From assembly GCA_965261085.1 (NCBI GenBank), contig OZ253442.1, positions 1,088,001 through 1,152,000 on the forward strand: DNA of 64,000 nt, written 5' to 3'. Positions 1 to 9,070 of this stretch are shown here, in pieces. Source of the DNA: a bacterium. Lineage in GTDB: Bacteria > UBA8248. The notes under the pieces are model-generated. The model saw only the letters and a program-made list of their open reading frames with translations. It was not told the DNA's origin and searched no databases. Numbering within the stretch: the first letter of the stretch is position 1; the number at the start of each line of letters is the position of its first letter. Position numbers and translations under genes: made by a program.

Positions 1-26
1 TGCTTCCGCTTCGCATCAACGAATTC

Positions 27-623
27 ATGTCGGTGGGCAACGCCATGGCGATCGCCAAGCGCTTCAACGTGGTGGAATGCCTGGCCCCCGTGCCGAAGAT
101 CAACGAGTGGCTCGAATTCGAAACAATCGACCCGGGTGGTGCGAACAACGGCAATCCCACCCTCCACACCACGCTGTTGAAACCACTCCACCTCCTTGAT
201 ATCGGGGCGAGACACATCGAGGTCATGAACGCGCCGATTCGCCTCATCAACACCCGCTGGATTTACGATGAGGCCACGCGCACGCTGTTCACCTCGGACA
301 TGTTCTCTCACATCTGGCAGGAACGCGCCGTCGGCCCCTGGCTGCTGGATGAAGACGATGTGACGACAACCCCCTTTGTGCGCTCGTTCTTGCTCAACAC
401 GCGCTACTGGTGGCTCGAGGGCGCAAGGACGGATTCCATCCGCAAAGGGATCGCCGAGGTTTTCGAGCGTTACGAGATAGAAACCATCGCTCCGGGCTAC
501 GGCGCCATCCTTTGCGGGCGTCACCTGGTAGAGCAGCAATTCACCGTGCTCGATGAGGTTTTGGCGGGCCTCGACCGCAAGGTCGTCAAACCTGGATACG
601 TCGCGCTGGGCCTCGAGAGATAG
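27..623 (+). CDS. MBL-fold (FprA/ODP-like) protein, probably 5'-truncated by the window edge
   Basis: Motifs WIYDEATRTLFTSDMF and IAPGYG; tandem with a second MBL-fold gene; the frame is open back to the window start. Confidence 0.7.
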   Translation: MSVGNAMAIAKRFNVVECLAPVPKINEWLEFETIDPGGANNGNPTLHTTLLKPLHLLDIGARHIEVMNAPIRLINTRWIYDEATRTLFTSDMFSHIWQERAVGPWLLDEDDVTTTPFVRSFLLNTRYWWLEGARTDSIRKGIAEVFERYEIETIAPGYGAILCGRHLVEQQFTVLDEVLAGLDRKVVKPGYVALGLER

Positions 624-632
624 GATACATCC

Positions 633-1394
633 ATGAGCATTCCGCTGCCCCGAGAGATATCGCCCGGCGTCTTCTGGCTCGGCGACTGCCTGGTCCAGCA
701 CTCCCAGGGGAAAATCTACCACTCCTACAACGCGGCTTTTCTCGTCATCGGCTCAGAAGCCTCCATACTCGTCGAGACGGGACATCCCAAGGATTTTCCC
801 ATTATCGAGGGGCAGATGCGAGACATTCTGGCCAGAGGCGGAGGGCCGCTCAAATACCTGTTCCTGACCCACCAGGAAACCCCCCACTCGGGCGGTCTGG
901 GCCGCGTGCTCGACCAATACCCCGACCTCACCATCCACGGGGACATGTGCGACTACCACCTGGCGTTCCCCCAGCACGCGGATCGCTTCAAGGAAATGCG
1001 GGTGGGAGAGACCATCGACTTGGGGAACACGCAATTCATGGCCGTGGAGCCCGTGATCAGGGACTTGAGGAGTTCTCTGTGGGGGTTCGAGACCGCCGGG
1101 CGCGTGCTCTTTCCCGGAGACGGCTTCGCCTACAGCCACTACCATACGGACGGCCATTGCGGGATGTTCGCGGAGGAGGCCACCTCTCTCGATCTGGTCG
1201 ACGTGCTGGGCGTATTCGCCGAGCGCGCCCTGTTCTGGACCACTTTCACCGACATGAACATCTACACCGATAAACTGGAAGAACTGATAGATGCGTTGAA
1301 CGTCGACGTGGTCGCGCCGACGCACGGCCTCCCGATACGGGACATCGCGCAAACGATGCCCAAGGTGAGGGAAGGCTTAATCAGAGGCGAATAA
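633..1394 (+). CDS. MBL-fold metallo-hydrolase (FprA/ODP-like di-iron type)
   Basis: THQETPHSGGL (HxExxH), LFPGDGF and VAPTHG motifs. Confidence 0.8.
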   Translation: MSIPLPREISPGVFWLGDCLVQHSQGKIYHSYNAAFLVIGSEASILVETGHPKDFPIIEGQMRDILARGGGPLKYLFLTHQETPHSGGLGRVLDQYPDLTIHGDMCDYHLAFPQHADRFKEMRVGETIDLGNTQFMAVEPVIRDLRSSLWGFETAGRVLFPGDGFAYSHYHTDGHCGMFAEEATSLDLVDVLGVFAERALFWTTFTDMNIYTDKLEELIDALNVDVVAPTHGLPIRDIAQTMPKVREGLIRGE

Positions 1395-1421
1395 GCCTCA
1401 GCGCCGAAACTTCAGAAAATC

Positions 1422-1820
1422 TTAGACGTCCTCCACCAACTCCCACAGCGTGCCCATGGTGCTTTTGGGCTGGATGAAGGCGATGAGGTGTCCGCCGAAG
1501 CCGGGTCTTGATTTCTCATCTATCAACTTGAAGCCCTGCGCCTTCATGTCGGCTATTACGCCCTCGATGTTCTTCACGTCGAAGGCCACGTGGTGGAGGC
1601 CCTCGCCGCGCTCTTCGATGAACTTGGCGAGAGGGGTGCCTTCCTTGATGGGCGAGATGGGCTCGATGAGGTCGCCGCCCAGATCCAGCATGGCCAGATC
1701 GGTCGCGCCGTCGGCCGAAGTCTCTCTCGCGAGCAGTTTCGCGCCCATGCTTTCATACAGAGCAATGGAGGCGTCCATATCCTTCACCGCGACGCCGATG
1801 TGATGAAATTTGTTGAACAT
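1422..1820 (-). CDS. mce: VOC family protein, methylmalonyl-CoA epimerase-like
   Basis: HHIGVAV, KFIEERGEGLHHVAFDV, FIQPKSTMGTLWELVE. Confidence 0.8.
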   Translation of the reverse strand: MFNKFHHIGVAVKDMDASIALYESMGAKLLARETSADGATDLAMLDLGGDLIEPISPIKEGTPLAKFIEERGEGLHHVAFDVKNIEGVIADMKAQGFKLIDEKSRPGFGGHLIAFIQPKSTMGTLWELVEDV

Positions 1821-2036
1821 ATTCGCGTTTCCTCCCGGTCAGGCGCGGCGGCGGGATTTCCTCCCCCTCGCCGCATCAATGCCTTGAAATTTGATGACCT
1901 GTCTGTTTAGCAGGCTTGCCGGAATTCCACAATCAAACCCGCCGATGCTTGAGAAACTATACTTGGCGAAGCGTTTGTCGTATTCTCGACTTATCAACGG
2001 GAATCATGCGGAGAACATATTCATAAGGAGAAATTC

Positions 2037-2597
2037 ATGGAAGGTCCGATTGATGGACACGGCACCTCCACCGCGCCGGGCGAGCGCGTCATCGACAAGC
2101 CCGAACACCCGGCCGGGGGACTCTCCACCGACAACACCGTCCATACCGAGATGATCGAGGGCGCCTTACAGCTCAAACGCGGCACGGCGGGCGATTTCGA
2201 GATATTCTGCGACGAGGGCGCGGGGATAGGCGGCACGGCCCAATATCCCACGCCGATGGCCTACCTGGCGATGGCGACGGGGTTCTGACTGCTCACCCAG
2301 GTGTCGCGGTACGCGCACATGATGAAAATGGAAATCAAGGGAGCGAGCGTCTCGGTCCGGTTCAAGAAGCTGCTGGGCGGCTCCGTGCTCAAGGGAACCG
2401 TGTTCAACAAGTGGGAGAGCGTGGACACGCACCTGAAAGTCGAATCGGACGAGCCTGCGGACAAGCTCGCGCATCTCATCAAAAACGCCAAGAACGGCTG
2501 TTTCGCCGAGGGCCTCATCACCGAGCCCGTGCCTTTGAACTCCACCGTGGAGGTGAACGGCGAGCCGTTCAGAATCGAAGGGGTCACGGCGGATTAA
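2037..2597 (+). CDS. OsmC/Ohr-like protein, probable selenoprotein (UGA=Sec at 2286-2288)
   Basis: ORFs 2037-2288 and 2301-2597 are in the same frame. Read-through gives PTPMAYLAMATGF-U-LLTQ...AKNGCFAE, with U at the first OsmC Cys position and a second Cys. Hairpin at 2301-2318. Confidence 0.8.
2301..2318 (+). promoter_or_regulatory. Candidate bacterial SECIS element
   Basis: GTG-T-CGCG-GTA-CGCG-CAC stem-loop with a bulged U and a G-starting loop, beginning 12 nt after the TGA. Confidence 0.65.
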
Positions 2598-2622
2598 CCC
2601 TTATATACATGGAGTTTTTTAG

Positions 2623-3075
2623 ATGGAATCCTTCGACGCATCATCCGACATATCCTTCGGCTCACAGCCCGAGCCTGCCGACCTCAAATCCCTCGCCGCG
2701 AGAGGGGTCAAGACCATCATCAACACGCGTTTTCCCGAGGAAGACCAGGGCGCTCTGCCGCCTGCGCGCGCCAAAGCCGAGGCCGAGGCGCTGGGGATGC
2801 GCTACGTGAACATCCCCGTCTCGCCGGTCGAGTTCAGCCCCGATTCGCTGGCCGAGGTGAGCCGCGCGCTCACGGACGCCAAGGCCCACGGGCCCACGTT
2901 CGTCCACTGAAAGGCCACGGGGCGGGCCGGGATTTGCTCGCTGAATCATCTCGCGGATGAGAACGACTGGAGCGCGGGGCAGATGGAGGGGGCCGCCGAC
3001 GCCACCGGCTTCAACTGGCGCGAAGCGCCGCTGGCGCCTAAATACCGTGAGTTCTTCGCGCAGAGGGCCGGGTAG
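2623..3075 (+). CDS. DUF442/Blh-type rhodanese/phosphatase-like sulfurtransferase, probable selenoprotein (UGA=Sec at 2908-2910)
   Basis: GSQP, GVKTIINTR, GMRYVNIPV, then FVH-U-KATGRA matching the H-C-x4-R loop; the frame stays open 54 more codons to TAG at 3073-3075. Confidence 0.8.
2921..2942 (+). promoter_or_regulatory. Candidate bacterial SECIS element
   Basis: GGCGGGC-CGGGATTT-GCTCGCT hairpin starting 10-11 nt after the TGA. Confidence 0.55.
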
Positions 3076-3550
3076 TCGCACAGGGGGAGCCGAGCGCCCG
3101 ATACCTTTGCAAGTAATTGATTATACTTACGTTATAACCTTAAGCGCCCACCGGTAATGTATCATTTATTTATCGAAAAACCCCGTGAATTTATCGATAT
3201 TTTCAGAAATTCCTTATTTTCGAACGCGCCGATTCGCTTCGCCATCATACACGCGCACGCCTTGAGTCCAATGACGGCGAATGCGGGGAAATGCGTGTTT
3301 TTCCATGTGCGAAAAATCCTGAACAAAGGAGAGAAATTGACGCCGGAACGGGTGAGGCGTTTTTGATTTTCGCTTTTGATCGTCATTCGGCAGCGCTTGA
3401 ATGTGGAATCGAGAAGTTCGTTAGAAAGGGGGATCGCGTTTTTCACTGGTCCCCGGATCAAAGCACTCCGTATGACGAGGGAAGGCCACACGCGTCAACA
3501 ATCATTCCCCCCTTGAGGGTCAAGCCCGATTGAAGAATGAGGGAAAGCCG

Positions 3551-3576
3551 GTAGGGGCGGACCCATGTGTCCGCCC
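3551..3576 (+). repeat. GTAG-type REP palindrome
   Basis: GTAG-GGGCGGAC-CCATGT-GTCCGCCC hairpin. Confidence 0.6.
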
Positions 3577-3592
3577 GCTCTACCCGAGCGTC

Positions 3593-3743
3593 CGTCATTC
3601 CGGCGCATGCCGGAATCCAGTGACTTTTTCGCTTTGTCTTTCGTGGCCATTTTGAATCGACGAGGGAGGAAATCCCGCTACTTCGTCCCCTTCGTCGGTT
3701 CTGGTCAACCTTGCGGTTGCCACCAGCATGCGCCGGAATGACG
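3593..3743. repeat. REPIN-like doublet (CGTC-type REP)
   Basis: Perfect 18-bp inverted repeat CGTCATTCCGGCGCATGC (3593-3610) / GCATGCGCCGGAATGACG (3726-3743). Confidence 0.7.
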
Positions 3744-3942
3744 AGCAAAAACATAAATCAAATAAATCAATCCGACATCGATGCGCCTGAATGCGCTATC
3801 GTATTATAACTATCTGTTTTATTTGTTTATATTTCTTCTTTTCGATTTGAGACCTCTTGCATTTTCGCCACATTCATGCTTGAATGCGCCCCTGTTTGAT
3901 ACCGCTCGTATGCGTTTTGATTACTAATATACAGGAGGGCGC

Positions 3943-5118
3943 ATGCCGAAAAGAAGCGAGTTCAAGCTCCTCAAGCGAGCCGTCGACGCGCTCGAAGTCG
4001 AAGGGAAGGATGCGGTCTTCTGGGACCGGGACCTGGCCGGCTTCGGGGTGCGGGTCCACCCCACGGGCAAGAAGGTCTACGTGGTGCAGTCCCGGGGACC
4101 CGGAGGTCCCAAACGCGTGACGCTCGGCCGGCACGGGGATATCTCGACCGATGAGGCGAGGAAGCAGGCGGCCTCCGTCATCGACCGCATCAAGCGTGGC
4201 GAGGAGCCGAAGCCCGGACCGCCCGAGGCGGAACTCACCGTGGCCGGACTGGCGGAGCGCTTCATGCGCGTCTATGCCGGGGCGCACTGCAAGCCGGGCA
4301 CGGTCGCGACGTATCGCTCCATACTGGAGAACCACGTCCTGCGGGCTCTGGGCTCGATGACGGTAGGCCAGGTCGGAGCAGCCGAGATATCGGCATTGCA
4401 CCACCGGCTTCGCGAAACGCCGAGGATGGCGAACTCCGTGGTCGACGTGCTCTCGCGGATGTTCACGCTGGCGGAGGCGTGGGAGCTGACTCCGCCCGGG
4501 AGCAACCCGTGCCGGGGGTTGCGCCGCTACAGGATGCGCCCTTGTGAGCGGTTCCTCACACCCGAGGAATACCGACGCCTGGGCCGGGTCTTACAGGAGG
4601 CGGAGGGAACGACCTGGCCGCCTGCGGTCGCGGCTATCCGGTTGTTGATGCTGACCGGATGCCGGAGTAGCGAGATACTGAACCTGCGCTGGGACGACGT
4701 GGACCGTACGGCGGGCGAATTGAGGTTGAGGGACACCAAGACGGGCCCGCGCATGGTTCCCATGACGGCGGCCGCCCTGGACGTGCTCGACGCGATCCCC
4801 CGTTCTCCGGGAAACCCCTGGGTGATCCCCGCACAGAAGGGAAGGGGCCGCCTCTCGGACCTCTATCACTACTGGCGGCCCATCCGGGCGCAGGCCGGTC
4901 TCCACGACGTACGCATCCATGACTTGCGGCATTCCTACGCCAGCAGGGCGCTGGCGCTGGGCGAGGGCTTACCCGTGATCGGGAGGTTGCTCGGACACAA
5001 GGAGGTCGCGACGACGGCGCGCTACGCGCACCTGATTCGCGACGCCGAGAAGGCCGCGGCGGTCCGGGTGGGCGAGAGCATCGGGGCCCACATCGTGCGG
5101 AACGAAGATGAGGCATGA
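3943..5118 (+). CDS. Tyrosine recombinase/integrase with arm-binding N-terminal domain
   Basis: WDRDLAGFGVRV, TGCRSSE, DTKTG, HDLRHS, LLGH, TTARYAH. Confidence 0.95.
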   Translation: MPKRSEFKLLKRAVDALEVEGKDAVFWDRDLAGFGVRVHPTGKKVYVVQSRGPGGPKRVTLGRHGDISTDEARKQAASVIDRIKRGEEPKPGPPEAELTVAGLAERFMRVYAGAHCKPGTVATYRSILENHVLRALGSMTVGQVGAAEISALHHRLRETPRMANSVVDVLSRMFTLAEAWELTPPGSNPCRGLRRYRMRPCERFLTPEEYRRLGRVLQEAEGTTWPPAVAAIRLLMLTGCRSSEILNLRWDDVDRTAGELRLRDTKTGPRMVPMTAAALDVLDAIPRSPGNPWVIPAQKGRGRLSDLYHYWRPIRAQAGLHDVRIHDLRHSYASRALALGEGLPVIGRLLGHKEVATTARYAHLIRDAEKAAAVRVGESIGAHIVRNEDEA

Positions 5119-6328
5119 GGGAGGAATGGACATGACGAAGCTCGCATACAGGACGCTCTCGAACCGGATGGTAGGGAAGCTTACGGTCGAAAAAGATACC
5201 GTATTCTGGGACAGGGAGCTCACCGGCTTCGGTGTGAGGGTCTATCCCACGGGGAGTAAGGTGTACATCGCGCAGGCGCGGGGACCGGAGGGTCCCAAAC
5301 GTGTGGCGGTTGGCCGCCAGGGGGTGATCCATGCGGAGGAGGCGCGCAAGCGGGCCGCCCTCATCATCTCCCGGATCAAGGCGGGTGAGGCGCCCGTGCC
5401 CGAACCATTGATACCCGCCGGCGGGCCGAGCGTGGCCGAATTCGCTGCGCGGTATCTCACGGAATACGTCTCGGTGCGGTGTAAACCGCGCACCGTAAAA
5501 CTGGCCCGCTCCGTGGTCCACAGGCACATCGCGCCGGCCCTGGGCAGGATGCCTCTCGCGGCGGTCGAACGCGCGCAGGTGGCGGAGCTCCACCAGAAAC
5601 TGTACGAGACGCCTGCGATTGCGAACGCCGTGGTCGGCGCCCTGTCTGCGATGTACAAACTGGCCGGGGAGTGGGGACTGGTCCCCGAGGGAGTGAACCC
5701 CTGCCGCTCCCTCGTCAAATACCCCGCACGCAGGCGGGAGCGGTTCCTGACGGAGGCGGAGTTTATGCGCTTAGGGAGCGTACTGGACAACGTCGAAGCG
5801 AAGGGCGTCGCGTCGGCTCCCGCGGTGGCGGCGATCAGGCTCTTGATACTGACCGGGTGCCGGAAGTCGGAGATCCTCACCCTTCGCTGGGAAGACGTGG
5901 CGCCGGATGAGAACGAACTGAGACTGCCCGACACGAAGACGGGCGCGCGGGCGGTCTCGCTCTCGCCGGCGGCGGTGAAGCTTCTCGCCGGGTTGCCGCG
6001 CCTGCCCGGCAACCCGTGGGTCATACCCGGCAGGAAGCCGGGCGGGCGCCTGAGCAGCCTCGATTACGTCTGGCGAATCATCCGCGCGCAAGCGGGCCTG
6101 GAAGACGTCCGTATCCACGATTTGAGACACTCCTACGCCAGCCGCGCCCTGGCGCTGGGGGAGTCCCTCCCGATGATCGGGAAGTTGTTGGGCCACAGCC
6201 AGATACAGACCACGGCGCGCTATGCGCATCTGGCGCGCGACTCGGTGAAAGAGGCCGCAGAACGCATCGCCGCGAGCATCGCGGCGGATATCATGGGCGG
6301 AGACCGGGGACCGGCTTCGGTTTCATGA
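5108..6328 (+). CDS. Tyrosine recombinase/integrase (second, paralogous; true start may be a few codons downstream)
   Basis: WDRELTGFGVRV, TGCRKSE, HDLRHS, LLGH, TTARYAH. Confidence 0.95.
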   Translation: MRHEGGMDMTKLAYRTLSNRMVGKLTVEKDTVFWDRELTGFGVRVYPTGSKVYIAQARGPEGPKRVAVGRQGVIHAEEARKRAALIISRIKAGEAPVPEPLIPAGGPSVAEFAARYLTEYVSVRCKPRTVKLARSVVHRHIAPALGRMPLAAVERAQVAELHQKLYETPAIANAVVGALSAMYKLAGEWGLVPEGVNPCRSLVKYPARRRERFLTEAEFMRLGSVLDNVEAKGVASAPAVAAIRLLILTGCRKSEILTLRWEDVAPDENELRLPDTKTGARAVSLSPAAVKLLAGLPRLPGNPWVIPGRKPGGRLSSLDYVWRIIRAQAGLEDVRIHDLRHSYASRALALGESLPMIGKLLGHSQIQTTARYAHLARDSVKEAAERIAASIAADIMGGDRGPASVS

Positions 6329-6543
6329 CTTCGTCGTCGTAGCGGCCCACGCGCGTCGGCAACGGCTGTTCGGGATCGCATTTGTACGCTCTCTGCGAAT
6401 GCCGAAGGCAACGCCGATATCCCTGGCCGCCGACAAGCATTCCCGACGAACGCCACGACATTCGATCCGAAATAATCGGCGACGGCGGCTATGGTCACCG
6501 ACAGCGCGAGGACCGTCAGCACGGCATTGAAAGCCGATTTCAC
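6220..6543 (-). CDS. Small hypothetical protein with hydrophobic N-terminus
   Basis: Signal/TM-like N-terminus; its 3' end overlaps the integrase, so doubtful. Confidence 0.3.
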   Translation of the reverse strand: MKSAFNAVLTVLALSVTIAAVADYFGSNVVAFVGNACRRPGISALPSAFAESVQMRSRTAVADARGPLRRRSHETEAGPRSPPMISAAMLAAMRSAASFTESRARCA

Positions 6544-6698
6544 AGTTCATTCTCTTCTCTGTAAGCGTTTCCTATCACCGGCGTCCTGTCAGGATTTGAG
6601 CGCCGCCGAGAGGCCGAGCCGGGTGGGTCCGGGGCGAACCAGGGAAGGCCCGAGAGGGTTTTCGGGCTTTCCCATCCCATCCACAGGAGGAGATTCAT

Positions 6699-8981
6699 AT
6701 GGCTCAGGTTAAACCGCTTATCCGCTCCATTCCATTGAACCGGCTGGAACTCGCGCCGGAGAACGTCCGCAAGACGCCGGCCGACCCGGCCGCGCTCGAG
6801 GAGCTCAAGGCCTCCATCGCGGCCCACGGTCTGCTGGAGAACTTGATCGTCAGGATAGAGGACACAGGCCATGACCCCGGATCGGGTCCGGGGCAGGCTC
6901 ATGTCGACCGCTGCGCCGTGGTCGCCGGCGGCCGCCGCCTCGCGGCCATGAAAGCGCTCGCCGAAGAGGGGATACTGGACGCGGACCACCCCGTGCCCTG
7001 CCGGGTGATCGGCGCGGCGGAGAACGCCGGGGAACTCTCTCTCGCCGAGAACGTAGTACGTGTCGCCATGCACCCCGCCGACCAGGTGGTCGCGTTTTTG
7101 AAGCTCTCAGAAGCAGGCGTCACCGTGGCCGCGATCGCCGCGCGCTTCGGCGTCACGGAACGCCTGGTCGAGCAGCGTCTCAGTCTCGGCGGCGTCGCCC
7201 CGGAACTGCTAGACGCCTACCGGGCGCAGGAGATGGACCTCGATACCCTGAAAGCCTTCACGGTCACCATCGACCACGCCCGCCAGAAAGCGGTCTGGGA
7301 GCAGGTGAAGGAACAGGGCTACGGGCCCAGCGGCTGGCAGGTGAGGCGCATGCTGACCGAGGAGAGCGTGCCTGCCGCCTCCGCCGTGGCGCGCTTCGTC
7401 GGTATGGAGGCCTATGAGGCGGCAGGCGGTACGCTCACGCGGGACCTCTTCGCGGGGGAGGACGGGAGCGGGACGTGGTTCGACGACCCCGTTCTCCTGA
7501 ACGAACTCGCGACGGAGAAGCTTCGTGCGGCGGCTGACGATCTGACGACGCGCTGGAAGTGGGCCGAGGCGGTACTGGAAGCCGACTGGAGCGCGGTCGC
7601 GGGCTTCGGGAGGATATCCCCCGAGCCGGGGGTCCCCACCGAGGAGGAGAAAGCCGAACGGGAGAGTCTGCGTGCCCGCCAAGACGAACTCGCAGATCTG
7701 GATGACGACGAGTGGACCGAGGAACTCGCCTGCGAGGCCGAAGGGATCGAGTCGCGCCTCCGTACGATCAAAGAAGCCGTGGAAGCGCGGGCCGCGTTCC
7801 GTGAGCAAGATTACGCGATAGCGGGCTGCATCGCCACGGTCGGCCACGACGGCGCGCTCAAGGTCATCAAGGGCTTGGTCAAGCCGGAAGACTTGCCGGA
7901 GCGGACGGGCGCAGGCTTCGAGGGCAATGGAACCGATGCCGGCCGCGTGGATTCACCGGTGATCAGCGAGCCGCTCGCGACGCCCACCGACCCGCGCGCG
8001 AAGGTCCGCGAGGAGACAGGGATCGGAATCGGACTCGCGGACGATTTGCGCGCCGTCCGCACGACGCTCGTCAAGGCGCACTTGTCCGGGGATTTCGAGG
8101 CGGCCTTCGACCTCACCCTGTTCCAGCTCGCACGCGCCGTCTTCAAGGAAGGCTACCGGGCCGACGCGCTCGACATCGCCTTCAGGGAGACCGCCGACAG
8201 GCCGCCGCCTCGGGCGAGCGACGATGACTTCGCCGCCTGGAGCCCGGGCGAGGCCATGCTCGCCGAGCACTCGGGCCTCTCTCTTGGCTGGATGGAGGAT
8301 GAGGACGACGGAGCGGCCTTCACGAAGATGCGGGCGCTTCCCGAGGAGGAGAAGCAGGCGCTGTTCGCGGCAGCCGTCGCGCGCACGCTCAAGGGCCGGC
8401 TCGCCTTCGAACCCGGCGCCCGGCCCGAACTCGAAACCACCATCGCCCGTCTCGATATCGATTTTGCGAAGCATGTGCGCCCGGGCGCCGCGATGTTCTG
8501 GTCGCGCATCAGGAAAGACCGCATCCTCGCCGTGGGGCGCGCGACGCTTGGTCCCGTCTGGGCTTCTGCGCGCGCGAAATACAAGAAGGCGGACTTGGCC
8601 CGCGCGATGGAGGAAGCCTTCGCCGCCGACCCGCCCGCGGGGCTGAACCCCAAAGCCCGGGCCGCCGCCCTCGCCTGGACGCCTCCAGGATTCACGCCCT
8701 TCGATACGGGCCGCACGGAAGAAGCCGGGGAAGACGGCTCGCCGGCAGGTGAACCCGAACCGGATTCCGCTACGGCCCCGGACGCAGTCGATGAAGAAAC
8801 ACCCGATGCGGCTTGCGGCGACACTCCGGCGCGCGGGGAACTCGCCCGGGCGGTCGATGCCCTGAACGCGGTCCCCACAGCGGACGGCGGCCCGAGGGTG
8901 ATCGTACAAGAGATCGGCCCTGTCAACGGCCACGATAGCGGCGAGGGAATCGATATCCCCGAATTCCTGCGCGGCGACTGA
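6699..8981 (+). CDS. ParB/RepB/Spo0J family protein (long ICE type)
   Basis: ELKASIAAHGLLENL, VVAGGRRLAA, SLAENVVR; AGGAG RBS. Confidence 0.9.
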   Translation: MAQVKPLIRSIPLNRLELAPENVRKTPADPAALEELKASIAAHGLLENLIVRIEDTGHDPGSGPGQAHVDRCAVVAGGRRLAAMKALAEEGILDADHPVPCRVIGAAENAGELSLAENVVRVAMHPADQVVAFLKLSEAGVTVAAIAARFGVTERLVEQRLSLGGVAPELLDAYRAQEMDLDTLKAFTVTIDHARQKAVWEQVKEQGYGPSGWQVRRMLTEESVPAASAVARFVGMEAYEAAGGTLTRDLFAGEDGSGTWFDDPVLLNELATEKLRAAADDLTTRWKWAEAVLEADWSAVAGFGRISPEPGVPTEEEKAERESLRARQDELADLDDDEWTEELACEAEGIESRLRTIKEAVEARAAFREQDYAIAGCIATVGHDGALKVIKGLVKPEDLPERTGAGFEGNGTDAGRVDSPVISEPLATPTDPRAKVREETGIGIGLADDLRAVRTTLVKAHLSGDFEAAFDLTLFQLARAVFKEGYRADALDIAFRETADRPPPRASDDDFAAWSPGEAMLAEHSGLSLGWMEDEDDGAAFTKMRALPEEEKQALFAAAVARTLKGRLAFEPGARPELETTIARLDIDFAKHVRPGAAMFWSRIRKDRILAVGRATLGPVWASARAKYKKADLARAMEEAFAADPPAGLNPKARAAALAWTPPGFTPFDTGRTEEAGEDGSPAGEPEPDSATAPDAVDEETPDAACGDTPARGELARAVDALNAVPTADGGPRVIVQEIGPVNGHDSGEGIDIPEFLRGD

Positions 8982-9008
8982 CCCGCAGCAGCAAACCCCT
9001 CCGACACG

Positions 9009-9042
9009 GCGCCCCGCAGCATATGCCTGCGGGGCGCTTTTT
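9009..9042 (+). terminator. Rho-independent terminator
   Basis: GCGCCCCGCAG...CTGCGGGGCGC followed by TTTTT. Confidence 0.7.
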
Positions 9043-9070
9043 CGTTTTCACGCCCCATGGAGTCCATGAC

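Noticed and set aside
3080-3940. tRNA/tmRNA integration site; AAGTA-N8-TACTT palindrome at 3111-3128 as an att core
   Set aside because: No cloverleaf or T-loop motif found; the palindrome is short and has no partner copy in the window
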